Shown: positions 46,941-56,196 of the stretch, piece by piece
How the letters are laid out: the number at the start of each line of letters is the position of its first letter
Position numbering within the stretch: position 1 is the first letter of the stretch
Origin: an uncultured Gammaproteobacteria bacterium
GTDB taxonomy: Bacteria > Patescibacteriota > Microgenomatia > UBA12405
DNA: 64,000 bases
Direction: 5' to 3'
NCBI GenBank assembly: GCA_964544275.1
Contig: CAZIZX010000003.1
Span: 43,705 to 107,704, forward strand
Position numbers and translations under genes: made by a program
Notes under the pieces: model-generated
What the model was told of the DNA's origin: nothing
Database searches by the model: none
Seen by the model: the letters and a program-made list of their open reading frames with translations, nothing else

Positions 46941-48743
46941 TTAAATGCTAACTTTTTTAACCAAGTCTTCAATCATTTTATATCCGTCAAGCCAGAATTC
47001 CTCTGAATTTATATTCATACCTAAATCAATTAATAGTTCTTGAGGATTTTTTGAATTACCAGATGATAATACTTTTTCAATTTGTGAAACGATATTTCCC
47101 CGTCTGTTTTTAAATTGAGAATAAATTGAATAAGAAAGTAGTTCGCCAAAGTTATATGCGTAACAATAGAAAGGAACTTCAAACAAATGTCTGATGCAAG
47201 CCCATTCGTATCGGAAAAGTGGGTCAATCTGAACTACTTTACTGTACTGTTCTTTTTGCAAGTCAAAATATATTTGACTTAGAATTTCTGGATCTGTACC
47301 ATCCCTAAGATATTCAAATGCTCTTATTTCGAATTGAACTAAGAATATCTTCTTAATCGTCATAGAGTAGGTATCTGTTAGTTTCTGCGATATTATTGAT
47401 GCTTTAATTACAGGATCTGCCTCCATACTTAAAAGGTGATCAAAGACTATCATCTCGGCTAAGTTGGAGGCTGTTTCAGAAAGTGGCAAACTAGATTCTT
47501 GAATAGACGGATACAAATTTCCAGAATACATTGAATGAATTGCGTGACCTACTTCGTGCGCCAGGGCAAACACATCAGAGACTTTATTGTAATAGTTTAT
47601 AAATACATATGGAGTTACCTTAGGGCTGACAGTTTCGCAAAAGGCACCATATTGTTTATTTGCATGAGGAAGGTAATCTATGTGCTGAGATTCGAATACT
47701 AACTTTCCAAACTCATAAAACTTAGGGCTAAAGCACTGGAATGAGTCTAGAATTAACTCTTTGGCTTGTTTAAAACTAATGGTTGTTTCTTCTTTGTTTA
47801 CCGAGGCATGGGTATCAAAACGACTTAATTTATTTAATCCCAACTGTTCTGCTTTATATTCAAAAAGAGGATTAAAAATCTCCTTCTTTTGATAAGCTAG
47901 TTTTAATAACAAATTCACAGTATCTCCAGAAATATCATTATCGAAATTGCGAACCGAAATAGGACTGTTATAACCCCTTAGTTCTGATTCTCTAGTCCAA
48001 TCTTTTACTAGTGATTGATAAACGAGAAAATGTTTATTAATATCGTTTCTATATTTTGTCAACATATGTTTATAAGCCTGATCCCTTAATTGACGGTTGG
48101 AGTCATACGTATAAGACATCAAGTCTGACTGTGATAGGGTTTTTATAGTATTTTTATCAATCTTAAGTTTAAATCTATAATCATTAATCAACTGATTCCT
48201 TAGCTCAAGCAACGAGTTTAGTCCTATTTCATCTTTATGTTCGATAATACTTTCTTCTTTATTGCTAAGTCTATGTTCATAAGCTTCTTTCTTATGATTT
48301 ATAAAATACTTACAAGTTGGGATTGATTTTAAAAGTCTATTGTAATTTTCTAGGTCTAGGGTAGGTTTGTTTTTTATGCTTATTCCAGTTAGCCATTTAT
48401 CAATATCACCTATCTGTTCGTTTACATAAATGATCAACTCGTTTGCTTTATACCTTAGTTTTTTTAACGTTAGATCGTTCTGATCAACACAAATACCCAA
48501 ATCTATTCTGCTAATTAATTTCTTTGAATCACTTGTTACTTCTTCTTTAGATTCAAAAAATTTAACAAAGTCTTCTGTCGACACTTCCGGAGTAATCTTT
48601 ACCCATGTGGAAAGCAGGTTTTCAAGTTTGGTTTTTAATTCATGACACAAAGTGTCAAACTTATCCAATGGATAGATATCATCTAAGTTCCACTTACCAA
48701 TTTTTATTCCCTGTTTCTTAGATATCTTGGGCATTTTGCTCAA
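46941..48743 (-). CDS. M3B oligoendopeptidase F family peptidase
   Basis: WNLDDIY, K.YGAFC, AHEVGHAIH, ETAS..AE, PFYCYAY.FG. Confidence 0.9.
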   Translation of the reverse strand: MSKMPKISKKQGIKIGKWNLDDIYPLDKFDTLCHELKTKLENLLSTWVKITPEVSTEDFVKFFESKEEVTSDSKKLISRIDLGICVDQNDLTLKKLRYKANELIIYVNEQIGDIDKWLTGISIKNKPTLDLENYNRLLKSIPTCKYFINHKKEAYEHRLSNKEESIIEHKDEIGLNSLLELRNQLINDYRFKLKIDKNTIKTLSQSDLMSYTYDSNRQLRDQAYKHMLTKYRNDINKHFLVYQSLVKDWTRESELRGYNSPISVRNFDNDISGDTVNLLLKLAYQKKEIFNPLFEYKAEQLGLNKLSRFDTHASVNKEETTISFKQAKELILDSFQCFSPKFYEFGKLVFESQHIDYLPHANKQYGAFCETVSPKVTPYVFINYYNKVSDVFALAHEVGHAIHSMYSGNLYPSIQESSLPLSETASNLAEMIVFDHLLSMEADPVIKASIISQKLTDTYSMTIKKIFLVQFEIRAFEYLRDGTDPEILSQIYFDLQKEQYSKVVQIDPLFRYEWACIRHLFEVPFYCYAYNFGELLSYSIYSQFKNRRGNIVSQIEKVLSSGNSKNPQELLIDLGMNINSEEFWLDGYKMIEDLVKKVSI

Positions 48744-49383
48744 TAAATATTAATTCGGTAGTTTTAGTTAAATTCTTAAATCTTTTTTCAGCTATCGCTT
48801 TCACTTCTGGAAAATAGAATTTAGAGAAATTGGCTTCATATTTTGATTTTCCTTCTTCCCCTTCCCAGAATTCTTTTAGTCCTTCGACATTCTTCTTATG
48901 ATAATTGGCGTGGGTAATAGAACACCACAGATGCAGAACTCCATAATGATCTAATCTATCAGCATCTTTAATTATTTTTGACTCGATTAGGGTAGGAGTA
49001 ATCTTACTTTCCTGCTCAGATATTATTAAACAAATTAGGTCAATTAGTTCTTTATCTTTAATATATTTTTCTAAATATTTTGGTGCGATTTTGGCACCAA
49101 GTGCGTCGTGGCTAATGCCGCCATAATTGTCATAAACTAATTGTCCATTTTCATCAACTGCTTCTATTTTGCCAATATCATGAAACAAAGCGGCGATTAA
49201 TAAGGCATCAATGTTCACATTTTCTTCTTTAAATCTTGGATACTTAGCAATCTTCTGACAGTAATTCATTACTCGTAATCCGTGATTTAATCGAAATCCA
49301 TATCCACCGCCAAATTCCCAAACATTTTCAAAAATTTGTTTGTATTCAGCAATTAACAAGTTTAATAATTCCTTATTTTCCAT
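48718..49383 (-). CDS. HD-domain phosphohydrolase
   Basis: H..RV, AALFHDIGK, DADRLD. Confidence 0.85.
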   Translation of the reverse strand: MENKELLNLLIAEYKQIFENVWEFGGGYGFRLNHGLRVMNYCQKIAKYPRFKEENVNIDALLIAALFHDIGKIEAVDENGQLVYDNYGGISHDALGAKIAPKYLEKYIKDKELIDLICLIISEQESKITPTLIESKIIKDADRLDHYGVLHLWCSITHANYHKKNVEGLKEFWEGEEGKSKYEANFSKFYFPEVKAIAEKRFKNLTKTTELIFIEQNAQDI

Positions 49384-49399
49384 ATGTTAAGATCATATC

Positions 49400-50014
49400 A
49401 TGAAAATCTATTTTGTCCGACACGGTTCTACCGATTCTTTGGAGAAAAAGATTAGCCAGCCAAACGATGAACCGCTTAATGAAAGAGGAATTGGCCAAGC
49501 TAAAGAATTAGGGACAAGGTTTACAAAAACACAGTTGGATTTAATTATTTCGAGTCCCCATCTTCGGGCCGTTCAAACAGCTAAAGTCATAAATGAGAAA
49601 ATTCTAGTTAGTGAGTTATTCGCTGAAGTCAGAAAGCCTAAAGAGGCAATTGGCCAATCAAAAGAAACCGAAGAAATTAAAGCAATATTTAGAAAAATTG
49701 GTGAAATGTATACAATTGATCCAACTTGGCATTATTCGGATGAAGAGAACTTTGAAGATTTGAAAAGGCGTGGATTGCAGGCGTTAGAGTTTTTGAAGTC
49801 ACAGGACAAGGAAAATATTCTAGTTGTTTCACATGCTAATTTTATTGCCTTATTAGCTGGGCTGATGTTGTTTGGAGAGAATTTTCCTGTTGAAGTATCG
49901 CTCAAATTAAAGAATTTTTTGAGATTAAGTAATACAGGTGTCTGTATTTTTACTTATGAGGATGAGAGATGGAAGCTACAGTGCTGGAACGACACTTCGC
50001 ATTGTCTGGAATAA
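49400..50014 (+). CDS. Histidine phosphatase family protein
   Basis: RHG, SSP..RA.QTA, VSHA. Confidence 0.88.
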   Translation: MKIYFVRHGSTDSLEKKISQPNDEPLNERGIGQAKELGTRFTKTQLDLIISSPHLRAVQTAKVINEKILVSELFAEVRKPKEAIGQSKETEEIKAIFRKIGEMYTIDPTWHYSDEENFEDLKRRGLQALEFLKSQDKENILVVSHANFIALLAGLMLFGENFPVEVSLKLKNFLRLSNTGVCIFTYEDERWKLQCWNDTSHCLE

Positions 50015-50503
50015 TCAAGTTTTAGCGATCAAACTGTCAACATTGTTCAGTAATTGATCATCGGAAGTTAAAACAAAAACATTTTCATCTACAGATGGTT
50101 CCTCAATCTGACTTTTAAATTTGTCATAAGTTTCTGGAGAGCAGGAGTTTTGTCTTTTTGAAATCCTATCCAGTGCCGTTTTGTCGTCTGTTTTAAGGTA
50201 AATTAGAACCAATTTGTCACATTTTACTTCATCATAAATTTGTTGACGAAACATCTGTTTTAAATTAGTACCATCAATTACTACCGATTTCCCTTGTGAT
50301 AATAACTCGGAGGCTTTTTGACGGATTATTTTATAAACCTGGACATACTCTTTACCAGAAACTTTTTCGGTCCCAAACAACTGGGTGGTTATTTCTTCGC
50401 CAGACAGAATCACGAAGCCATATTTTTGCCTAAGATACTCGGATACATATGATTTACCAGTCCCAGGCAAACCCATAAGAACAATCAAAGTCGGAGTACT
50501 CAT
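50015..50503 (-). CDS. P-loop kinase (AAA_33/polynucleotide kinase-like)
   Basis: GLPGTGKS, VVIDGTNL...R. Confidence 0.8.
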   Translation of the reverse strand: MSTPTLIVLMGLPGTGKSYVSEYLRQKYGFVILSGEEITTQLFGTEKVSGKEYVQVYKIIRQKASELLSQGKSVVIDGTNLKQMFRQQIYDEVKCDKLVLIYLKTDDKTALDRISKRQNSCSPETYDKFKSQIEEPSVDENVFVLTSDDQLLNNVDSLIAKT

Positions 50504-51040
50504 TTAAAGAAGATTTAAATAATCTAATCCCAAAAAACCAACTTCAACATCCGTCATTTGGCCACTTCGTAATATCTTTTTGAATTCTTCAAGAGGAATC
50601 AAAACCAATTCAGTAAATTCATTCTTACCGTTCTCAATCTCTTTTACCTTTTTACAGTTTGTAGCCACAAAACAGTATCTTTCCATTGTGGAATAAGCAT
50701 CGTCAAGGCAAGTAGTTATTAATTTGATGTCACCTTCATAACCAGTTTCTTCTAACAATTCTCTTTTCATTGTGACGTCGGGAGCTTCGTTTGGATCAAC
50801 GAAACCTCCGGGTAATTCCATTAAGACTTTCTTGGGACCCGGTCGATATTGTTTGGCAATAACTACTTGATTGTCTGGTGTTAGAGCGAGAACGCTGGCT
50901 GCCGGACCTTCTTTTTTGATATAAAAATCAGTTTCTTCACCATTGGGTAACTTAAAAATAACTTTTTCAATTTTTCGAGAATATTTTCTAAAAGCCTCTT
51001 CTCGGGATAACTCTTGCCAGTCTTGGGGACTATTTGTCAT
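50504..51040 (-). CDS. NUDIX hydrolase (ADP-ribose pyrophosphatase-like)
   Basis: QYRP...ELPGG...RELLEETGY. Confidence 0.88.
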   Translation of the reverse strand: MTNSPQDWQELSREEAFRKYSRKIEKVIFKLPNGEETDFYIKKEGPAASVLALTPDNQVVIAKQYRPGPKKVLMELPGGFVDPNEAPDVTMKRELLEETGYEGDIKLITTCLDDAYSTMERYCFVATNCKKVKEIENGKNEFTELVLIPLEEFKKILRSGQMTDVEVGFLGLDYLNLL

Positions 51041-51557
51041 ATAAATTTTTTACAATATTAACCAATTGCTCAAAATCCTCATAATCATGGGTACTATTAC
51101 CAGCGTTTTTAAATAGATGATAATCACTTGGACTATTGATGGCTAATACTTCTGATAATTCCTCAAAACCATAAACAGGATCGAACTCATTTTGAATAAA
51201 TGTTGTTGGCACTTTAAGTGTTTTTAAACATTCGTCAATTTCCTTAAATTCTTCTTTTCCGGCTCGATAAGGTAAGCCACAAATCACCATTTTCTTTGGA
51301 TTCAGAGTACCTTCGTAGATATTTTTCAACGCTAAAACTGAGCCAATTGATTTGGCGAACACAAAATAATCTTTTTTATCTTTTACCAATTCTGTCAATT
51401 TTTCTGATTCTTTTTCTAAATTTATCCATTTCTCTCCTGTTTGCCAGTGGTCGTAATACAGAATATCGCCAGTGGAAAATGAATCGAAATTGGATTTAAC
51501 TTTTTCAATCCAAGTTTTATTGTTGAGACTATTGCCAGCTAAATAAATGATGTGCAT
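51030..51557 (-). CDS. Alpha/beta hydrolase-fold protein
   Basis: AKSIG nucleophile elbow, DP, HDY. Confidence 0.7.
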   Translation of the reverse strand: MHIIYLAGNSLNNKTWIEKVKSNFDSFSTGDILYYDHWQTGEKWINLEKESEKLTELVKDKKDYFVFAKSIGSVLALKNIYEGTLNPKKMVICGLPYRAGKEEFKEIDECLKTLKVPTTFIQNEFDPVYGFEELSEVLAINSPSDYHLFKNAGNSTHDYEDFEQLVNIVKNLYDK

Positions 51558-51558
51558 A

Positions 51559-52137
51559 TTAAAATTTACTTTTTGTTAAGTTCTCGGCCAATTCTCTTGT
51601 ATATAGTTGATGAATATTCTGATTTTCCCAATCAATCGCTTGTCGATATTGTTCTTGAGTATATGGAGTTAATTCAAAATCTTTGGCTATAGCGTCAACA
51701 TCAGAATTCTCCTTACCTTCTATTTCAAAAGTAAAATAGTCATCGGTATATTTTGATAATTTAATCTCAACACCTCGATAATTGAATTCCCAGCTTTCCC
51801 AACTGTAAATCATGCCACTTTGATACCCGAGTGCCTCCAAGAAATCGAGAGCGCTAAGGAATTGTCCCGTTTGGAGTTTGACTTCAACCTCTTTTCTTTC
51901 TTTTTCGTGAAAACTACCCATTTTTACCGACAACTTTTCTTTTTCATCACTTTTCTTTAGCCTGATGTCAGTGCCACTAATGTTTTTCCAAGTTTTAGTA
52001 GTTGGATCGAAGCCTGGAGACAAGTCGATTGACAGACGATGATAATGGTCAGCCAGTTCTCCACTGTCTTGGAGTATCTTAAACAATTCTTCAAATTTGC
52101 CTTTCGATAATTTACCTCGAATTTCAATTTCGGTCAT
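51559..52137 (-). CDS. CYTH/triphosphate tunnel metalloenzyme
   Basis: EIEIRG, R.EVEV, FEIE. Confidence 0.75.
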   Translation of the reverse strand: MTEIEIRGKLSKGKFEELFKILQDSGELADHYHRLSIDLSPGFDPTTKTWKNISGTDIRLKKSDEKEKLSVKMGSFHEKERKEVEVKLQTGQFLSALDFLEALGYQSGMIYSWESWEFNYRGVEIKLSKYTDDYFTFEIEGKENSDVDAIAKDFELTPYTQEQYRQAIDWENQNIHQLYTRELAENLTKSKF

Positions 52138-52181
52138 ATTTATAGGTCAATTATATACCAATGATTGGGTTATAATTGATT

Positions 52182-52658
52182 ATGAAAGTTGAACTTGAAT
52201 TAATAAATATAAAGGATAAAAACATTTTGAAAGAAATGTTGTGGGAATATGAAAGAGAAATGGTCGGCAACAAAGCTAAGGAATATAAATATTTAGATGC
52301 TTATTTTGAAAAATCAAACCGGTTCCCTTATTTTATAAAAGCAGATGATGAAATTGCCGGATTTGCCCTGGTAAACGAACATACTTTAGTTGAACCAGGA
52401 GCTAAAAATTTGTCAGAATTTTATATCAAACCTGAATTTCGTAGTTTTGGTATTGGTAAAAAAGCGGCTTTTTTGGTTTGGGATTTATTCCCCGGAAAAT
52501 GGGAAGGTCGACAAATTAAAGAAAACCCCAAAGCTCATTCTTTTTGGCTAAAGGTTAAAGGGGAATATACTAAAAATAATTTTAAAGAAGTCGAAATGAA
52601 TAACGAAAAATGGAATGGCTGGATACAGACTTTTGATAATAGTTTGGGCTTAAAATGA
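52182..52658 (+). CDS. GNAT acetyltransferase
   Basis: EFYIKPEFR..GIGK, N.KA..FW. Confidence 0.85.
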   Translation: MKVELELINIKDKNILKEMLWEYEREMVGNKAKEYKYLDAYFEKSNRFPYFIKADDEIAGFALVNEHTLVEPGAKNLSEFYIKPEFRSFGIGKKAAFLVWDLFPGKWEGRQIKENPKAHSFWLKVKGEYTKNNFKEVEMNNEKWNGWIQTFDNSLGLK

Positions 52659-53125
52659 GTCGTGATAATTTGACTTACAGGCAAAGCACTAGCGCTGTAA
52701 TTCTGGACAAGTCAGGGAGGATTTTGGTTGTTCAAAAAAGCAGCTATAAAGATAATGAATGGGATGTTCCGGGCGGAGGAATTGAAGAGGGAGAAAAGCC
52801 GGAAGTAGCTATAGTTAGAGAATTAAGTGAAGAATTAGGTAGCGATAAATTTGAAGTGATTAAAACCAGCAAGCAAACAGATCGTTATGAATGGCCGGAT
52901 GATGTGATAAATAAAAGAATATTAGAAAAGAAGCAGTTTTTCAGGGGTCAAGAAAGAACTCAATTCCTAGTTAAATTTACAGGTGAAGAAAATGAGATAA
53001 AGACGCAAAAAGAAGAGATTAGAGAAGTTAAGTGGGTATTTCCCGATGAACTTCCAGCGTATTTTGTCTTTCCGCACCAAATGGAAAAAATGAAAGTATT
53101 ATTAAAAGAATTTGGAATAGAATGA
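52655..53125 (+). CDS. NUDIX hydrolase (RppH-like)
   Basis: PGGGIEEGE....AIVRELSEELG; RGQ..TQFL. Confidence 0.85.
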   Translation: MSRDNLTYRQSTSAVILDKSGRILVVQKSSYKDNEWDVPGGGIEEGEKPEVAIVRELSEELGSDKFEVIKTSKQTDRYEWPDDVINKRILEKKQFFRGQERTQFLVKFTGEENEIKTQKEEIREVKWVFPDELPAYFVFPHQMEKMKVLLKEFGIE

Positions 53126-53601
53126 AACCAAAAGACGGGGCGAAAATCATTATCCTAAGTCCAGATAAGATTTTGTTGTTTCATCGGGACAACATTTCGA
53201 CTATCCGTTCACCTGATTGCTGGCAATTAGTTGGAGGTGGAATTGAGGAGGGTGAGACTCCGGAACAGGGTTTGATTCGTGAAGTCAAAGAAGAAGTCGG
53301 TTACGATCTTAAGGAATTTAAATTAATAACTAAAACCAAAGGATCGCAGGGAGAAGACGTTTGGGTGTATGTTGCTTTTGTTGACAAAAATGAAGAATGT
53401 AAATTTATTCTTGGTCCAGATGAAGGTCAAGGAATTGGCTGGTTTACTATCGATGAAGCGTTAGCCATCAAACTTACTCCCGGAACCCGGATTTTATTGT
53501 CCAAATATCGAGATTTAATTGAAGAAATGATGAAGACAAAATCAGTCCCAAGTATTGAAAAACTTGATTTAATACCGAAGAAATTTGATGTAGTTAACTA
53601 G
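53122..53601 (+). CDS. NUDIX hydrolase
   Basis: GGGIEEGETPEQGLIREVKEEVG. Confidence 0.85.
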   Translation: MKPKDGAKIIILSPDKILLFHRDNISTIRSPDCWQLVGGGIEEGETPEQGLIREVKEEVGYDLKEFKLITKTKGSQGEDVWVYVAFVDKNEECKFILGPDEGQGIGWFTIDEALAIKLTPGTRILLSKYRDLIEEMMKTKSVPSIEKLDLIPKKFDVVN

Positions 53602-53657
53602 TCAAATCTGTTGAGTATCAGAATAGTACATACGGTATCACTATTTTTGAGACTCTC

Positions 53658-53770
53658 CTTTTTTATAGTGTCTTATTTGTCTCATTTAGCTTCGAAACTT
53701 TGGTAAAATGAGACAGTGGGGAAGAGGGTGTTATAGGGACAGAAAGGTTCCAGACCCTAATGCTCCGCCA
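53658..53770. repeat. Distal end of element 2; inverted homologue of 249-360
   Basis: See 249-360; terminates in TCCGCCA matching the tRNA-Ser(GCT) 3' end. Confidence 0.9.
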
Positions 53771-53811
53771 CCTCGCTCCCACTTTAGCTCTTTCCCTTGC
53801 TAAAATCTCTT

Positions 53812-54378
53812 ATGGCAACCATCTACCTTTTTCGTCATGGTCAATCTGAATTTAACCTAAGCAAAACTTTTACCGGCTGGCTGGACGCCAAACTTACTCC
53901 TTTAGGCATTGATCAAGCTAAAGCCTTGGGTAAAATGCTTCGGGACAAACAAATCAATCTAGCCGTTCAAACTCGTCTTTCCCGTTCCTCCGATACCCTG
54001 AAATATGTCCTGGAATACCATCCCGAATGTCAACAAATCATTACCGACGATCGCATAATCGAACGGTCCTATGGTGATTTAGCCGGCCATGCCCATCAGG
54101 AGATTTTAGATAAATACGGCCCACAACAATTCGAAAAGTGGCACCGGGGCTGGGATGACCGGCCTCCCGGTGGCGAAAGTTTTGCCGATGTCGAAATTAG
54201 GGTAGGGGAATTTATAAACGATTTAAAATCAAAATATAATCAAAAAAATCTCGGCATCGCTATTTCTGCCCACGGCAACTCTATCAGATTATTCCGAAAA
54301 ATCATGGAAAACGCCAGTGTTAAAGACACCTGTTCCTGGACCATTCCTTATGACCAATATTTCCAGTACACTATCTAA
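53812..54378 (+). CDS. gpmA: 2,3-bisphosphoglycerate-dependent phosphoglycerate mutase-like
   Basis: RHGQSEFN....FTGW.D..LT, ERSYGDL.G, PPGGES, AHGNSIR. Confidence 0.75.
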   Translation: MATIYLFRHGQSEFNLSKTFTGWLDAKLTPLGIDQAKALGKMLRDKQINLAVQTRLSRSSDTLKYVLEYHPECQQIITDDRIIERSYGDLAGHAHQEILDKYGPQQFEKWHRGWDDRPPGGESFADVEIRVGEFINDLKSKYNQKNLGIAISAHGNSIRLFRKIMENASVKDTCSWTIPYDQYFQYTI

Positions 54379-55825
54379 AATCTCCAATCTGATCAAAAAA
54401 AACATACTCTTGATCTTGATTATTTTAGCTTTCATACCGATTCACTCCTACCGCCTCCTGGAAATACCCATGGGTCTGACTGTCGACGAAGCCGCTTTTG
54501 GCTACAACGCCACCCTCCTTTCTCGTACTCTCCACGACGAAAACAATCGCTTTTTACCCTTTTTCGTTCTCTCTATTAACGGTCGCGATTGGCGTCAACC
54601 GGTCACTCAATATTATCTCACCGCTTTTTTTAAACTTTTTGGCGCTTCGGTTTACAACCTTAGGATCAGTAGTATTTTAGTGACCCTTGTTACAGCCGTC
54701 TTGCTTTACTTTCTGACTTATCATCTACTCAAATCCAAGGCCTTATCTATCTTTGCTGTTGTCTTGTTTTTAGTTACACCCATAGTTTTTATCCAGTCCC
54801 GCTTGGGTCTGGATAATCACATGACCGTTCCTTTCACCATAATCTGGTTGCTGTCTTTGTATAAGCATGCTCAGGCAAAAAATATCAAATGGTTGCTTCT
54901 TTCAGCCGTTTCTCTGGGTATTTCTTTTTATACCTACAAAGGTATGCGGGCTGTTGTTCCCGTTTGGTCACTTGCCAGTGTTTATTATCTCCTCAAAAAA
55001 ACTAACCTCAAAAGTGTCGTCATATTTTCTTTAACCATTTTTCCCTTTTTTGCCATAATTCCTCTTCTGGAATTAAAATACGCCGGGGCTGTTTTCAACA
55101 ACCATGGGGCCAAACCCATGGCTTATTATGATTTTTTGTACCCCTACCTCTCCTCGTTTGACCCTGGTTTTCTCTTCATAAAAGGCGATGCCACTCCCTA
55201 CCATTCCACCGGCAAACACGGTATGGTTTTACTTCTGTCACTACCTCTCTTTTTAGCCGGTATTTACGCTGCTCTTAGAAAAAATTTCAACCTCAAATTT
55301 TTAATAATCGTCTTTTTCTCTGCTCCGCTACTTATGGGGATGGTCGACTCAGTCCATCGGGCCAGCCGGTTAATGTGCATCCTACCCGCCTTTGCTATCT
55401 TCGCCGCCTTGGGCTTACACCACTTAACAACCACATCTTCAGGTAAATACAAAAAATTGGTTTTACTCCTGCTCATTCTACTGATGGCCAACTTTTCCGA
55501 TTTCTATCGCTACTACTTTAAAGATTACGGTCCAACAACTCAAAGTTTCGTCGGCCGGCTAGATTATTATTCCTCTTATCAGTCACTTAAAGATGAATCC
55601 GAACAAAGAAATTTAAAACCATTTCTGCCTCATACCCTGACTAATCAGCACGGCGAAACCGGAAAATTCTATGAGTCAATTTACTTTACCCACCAAATAG
55701 GCAGGATCGATAATGAAGAAAATTTAAGTCCTGGCTCTATTGTCCTTTCTCTTCGCCAAGATGTACCGGGTCTGACTAAGATCCTTTGTGACAATAATAA
55801 TTATTGTCTCCATGCCAAATATTAG
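54350..55825 (+). CDS. ArnT/PMT-like (GT-C) membrane glycosyltransferase
   Basis: DEAAFGYNA, multiple TMs. Confidence 0.8.
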   Translation: MTNISSTLSKISNLIKKNILLILIILAFIPIHSYRLLEIPMGLTVDEAAFGYNATLLSRTLHDENNRFLPFFVLSINGRDWRQPVTQYYLTAFFKLFGASVYNLRISSILVTLVTAVLLYFLTYHLLKSKALSIFAVVLFLVTPIVFIQSRLGLDNHMTVPFTIIWLLSLYKHAQAKNIKWLLLSAVSLGISFYTYKGMRAVVPVWSLASVYYLLKKTNLKSVVIFSLTIFPFFAIIPLLELKYAGAVFNNHGAKPMAYYDFLYPYLSSFDPGFLFIKGDATPYHSTGKHGMVLLLSLPLFLAGIYAALRKNFNLKFLIIVFFSAPLLMGMVDSVHRASRLMCILPAFAIFAALGLHHLTTTSSGKYKKLVLLLLILLMANFSDFYRYYFKDYGPTTQSFVGRLDYYSSYQSLKDESEQRNLKPFLPHTLTNQHGETGKFYESIYFTHQIGRIDNEENLSPGSIVLSLRQDVPGLTKILCDNNNYCLHAKY

Positions 55826-55841
55826 CCCGACATTCTTCTAT

Positions 55842-56177
55842 TTATACAGACACAAAATCAATATTCGGATATCGCTCACCTAAAATTTCCAGTGTTTCAT
55901 TCCTCACCCTTGGCAACAAATCTTCTTCAGGCATTTTAAAGGTGGTCGACTCTCCTCCAATCATACATTGACCATCGATCCTCATCACAAAACCCATGTC
56001 TGTTTCCTCAACTTGATTTTTCAATCTTTCTTTTATCTGTTCTTCCGTAAAATCATCTCCCAAAATATCCTCTATTAATTCTCTATGGCGTATATCTACA
56101 TCCTCAGCCACCCTAACTTCATTCCCGATCCTTACAAAACGAAGACCCTGCATTTCTTTTTCACAAAAATTCGACAT
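55842..56177 (-). CDS. Hypothetical protein
   Basis: ORF downstream of eno; start uncertain. Confidence 0.5.
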   Translation of the reverse strand: MSNFCEKEMQGLRFVRIGNEVRVAEDVDIRHRELIEDILGDDFTEEQIKERLKNQVEETDMGFVMRIDGQCMIGGESTTFKMPEEDLLPRVRNETLEILGERYPNIDFVSV

Positions 56178-56196
56178 GACCCATATTTTACTATGG

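Larger units (their letters stand above)
21905..53770. mobile_element. Integrated element 2 at 3' end of tRNA-Ser(GCT)
   Basis: TCCGCCA at 21905-21911 and 53764-53770; recombinase-terminase core; conserved distal end; housekeeping genes resume right after 53770. Confidence 0.75.

Noticed and set aside
249-53768. One 53-kb composite transposon bounded by terminal inverted repeats
   Set aside because: No transposase or flanking target duplication seen; three tRNAs and a host-like gene sit in the middle; two independent tRNA-anchored elements explain the symmetry better
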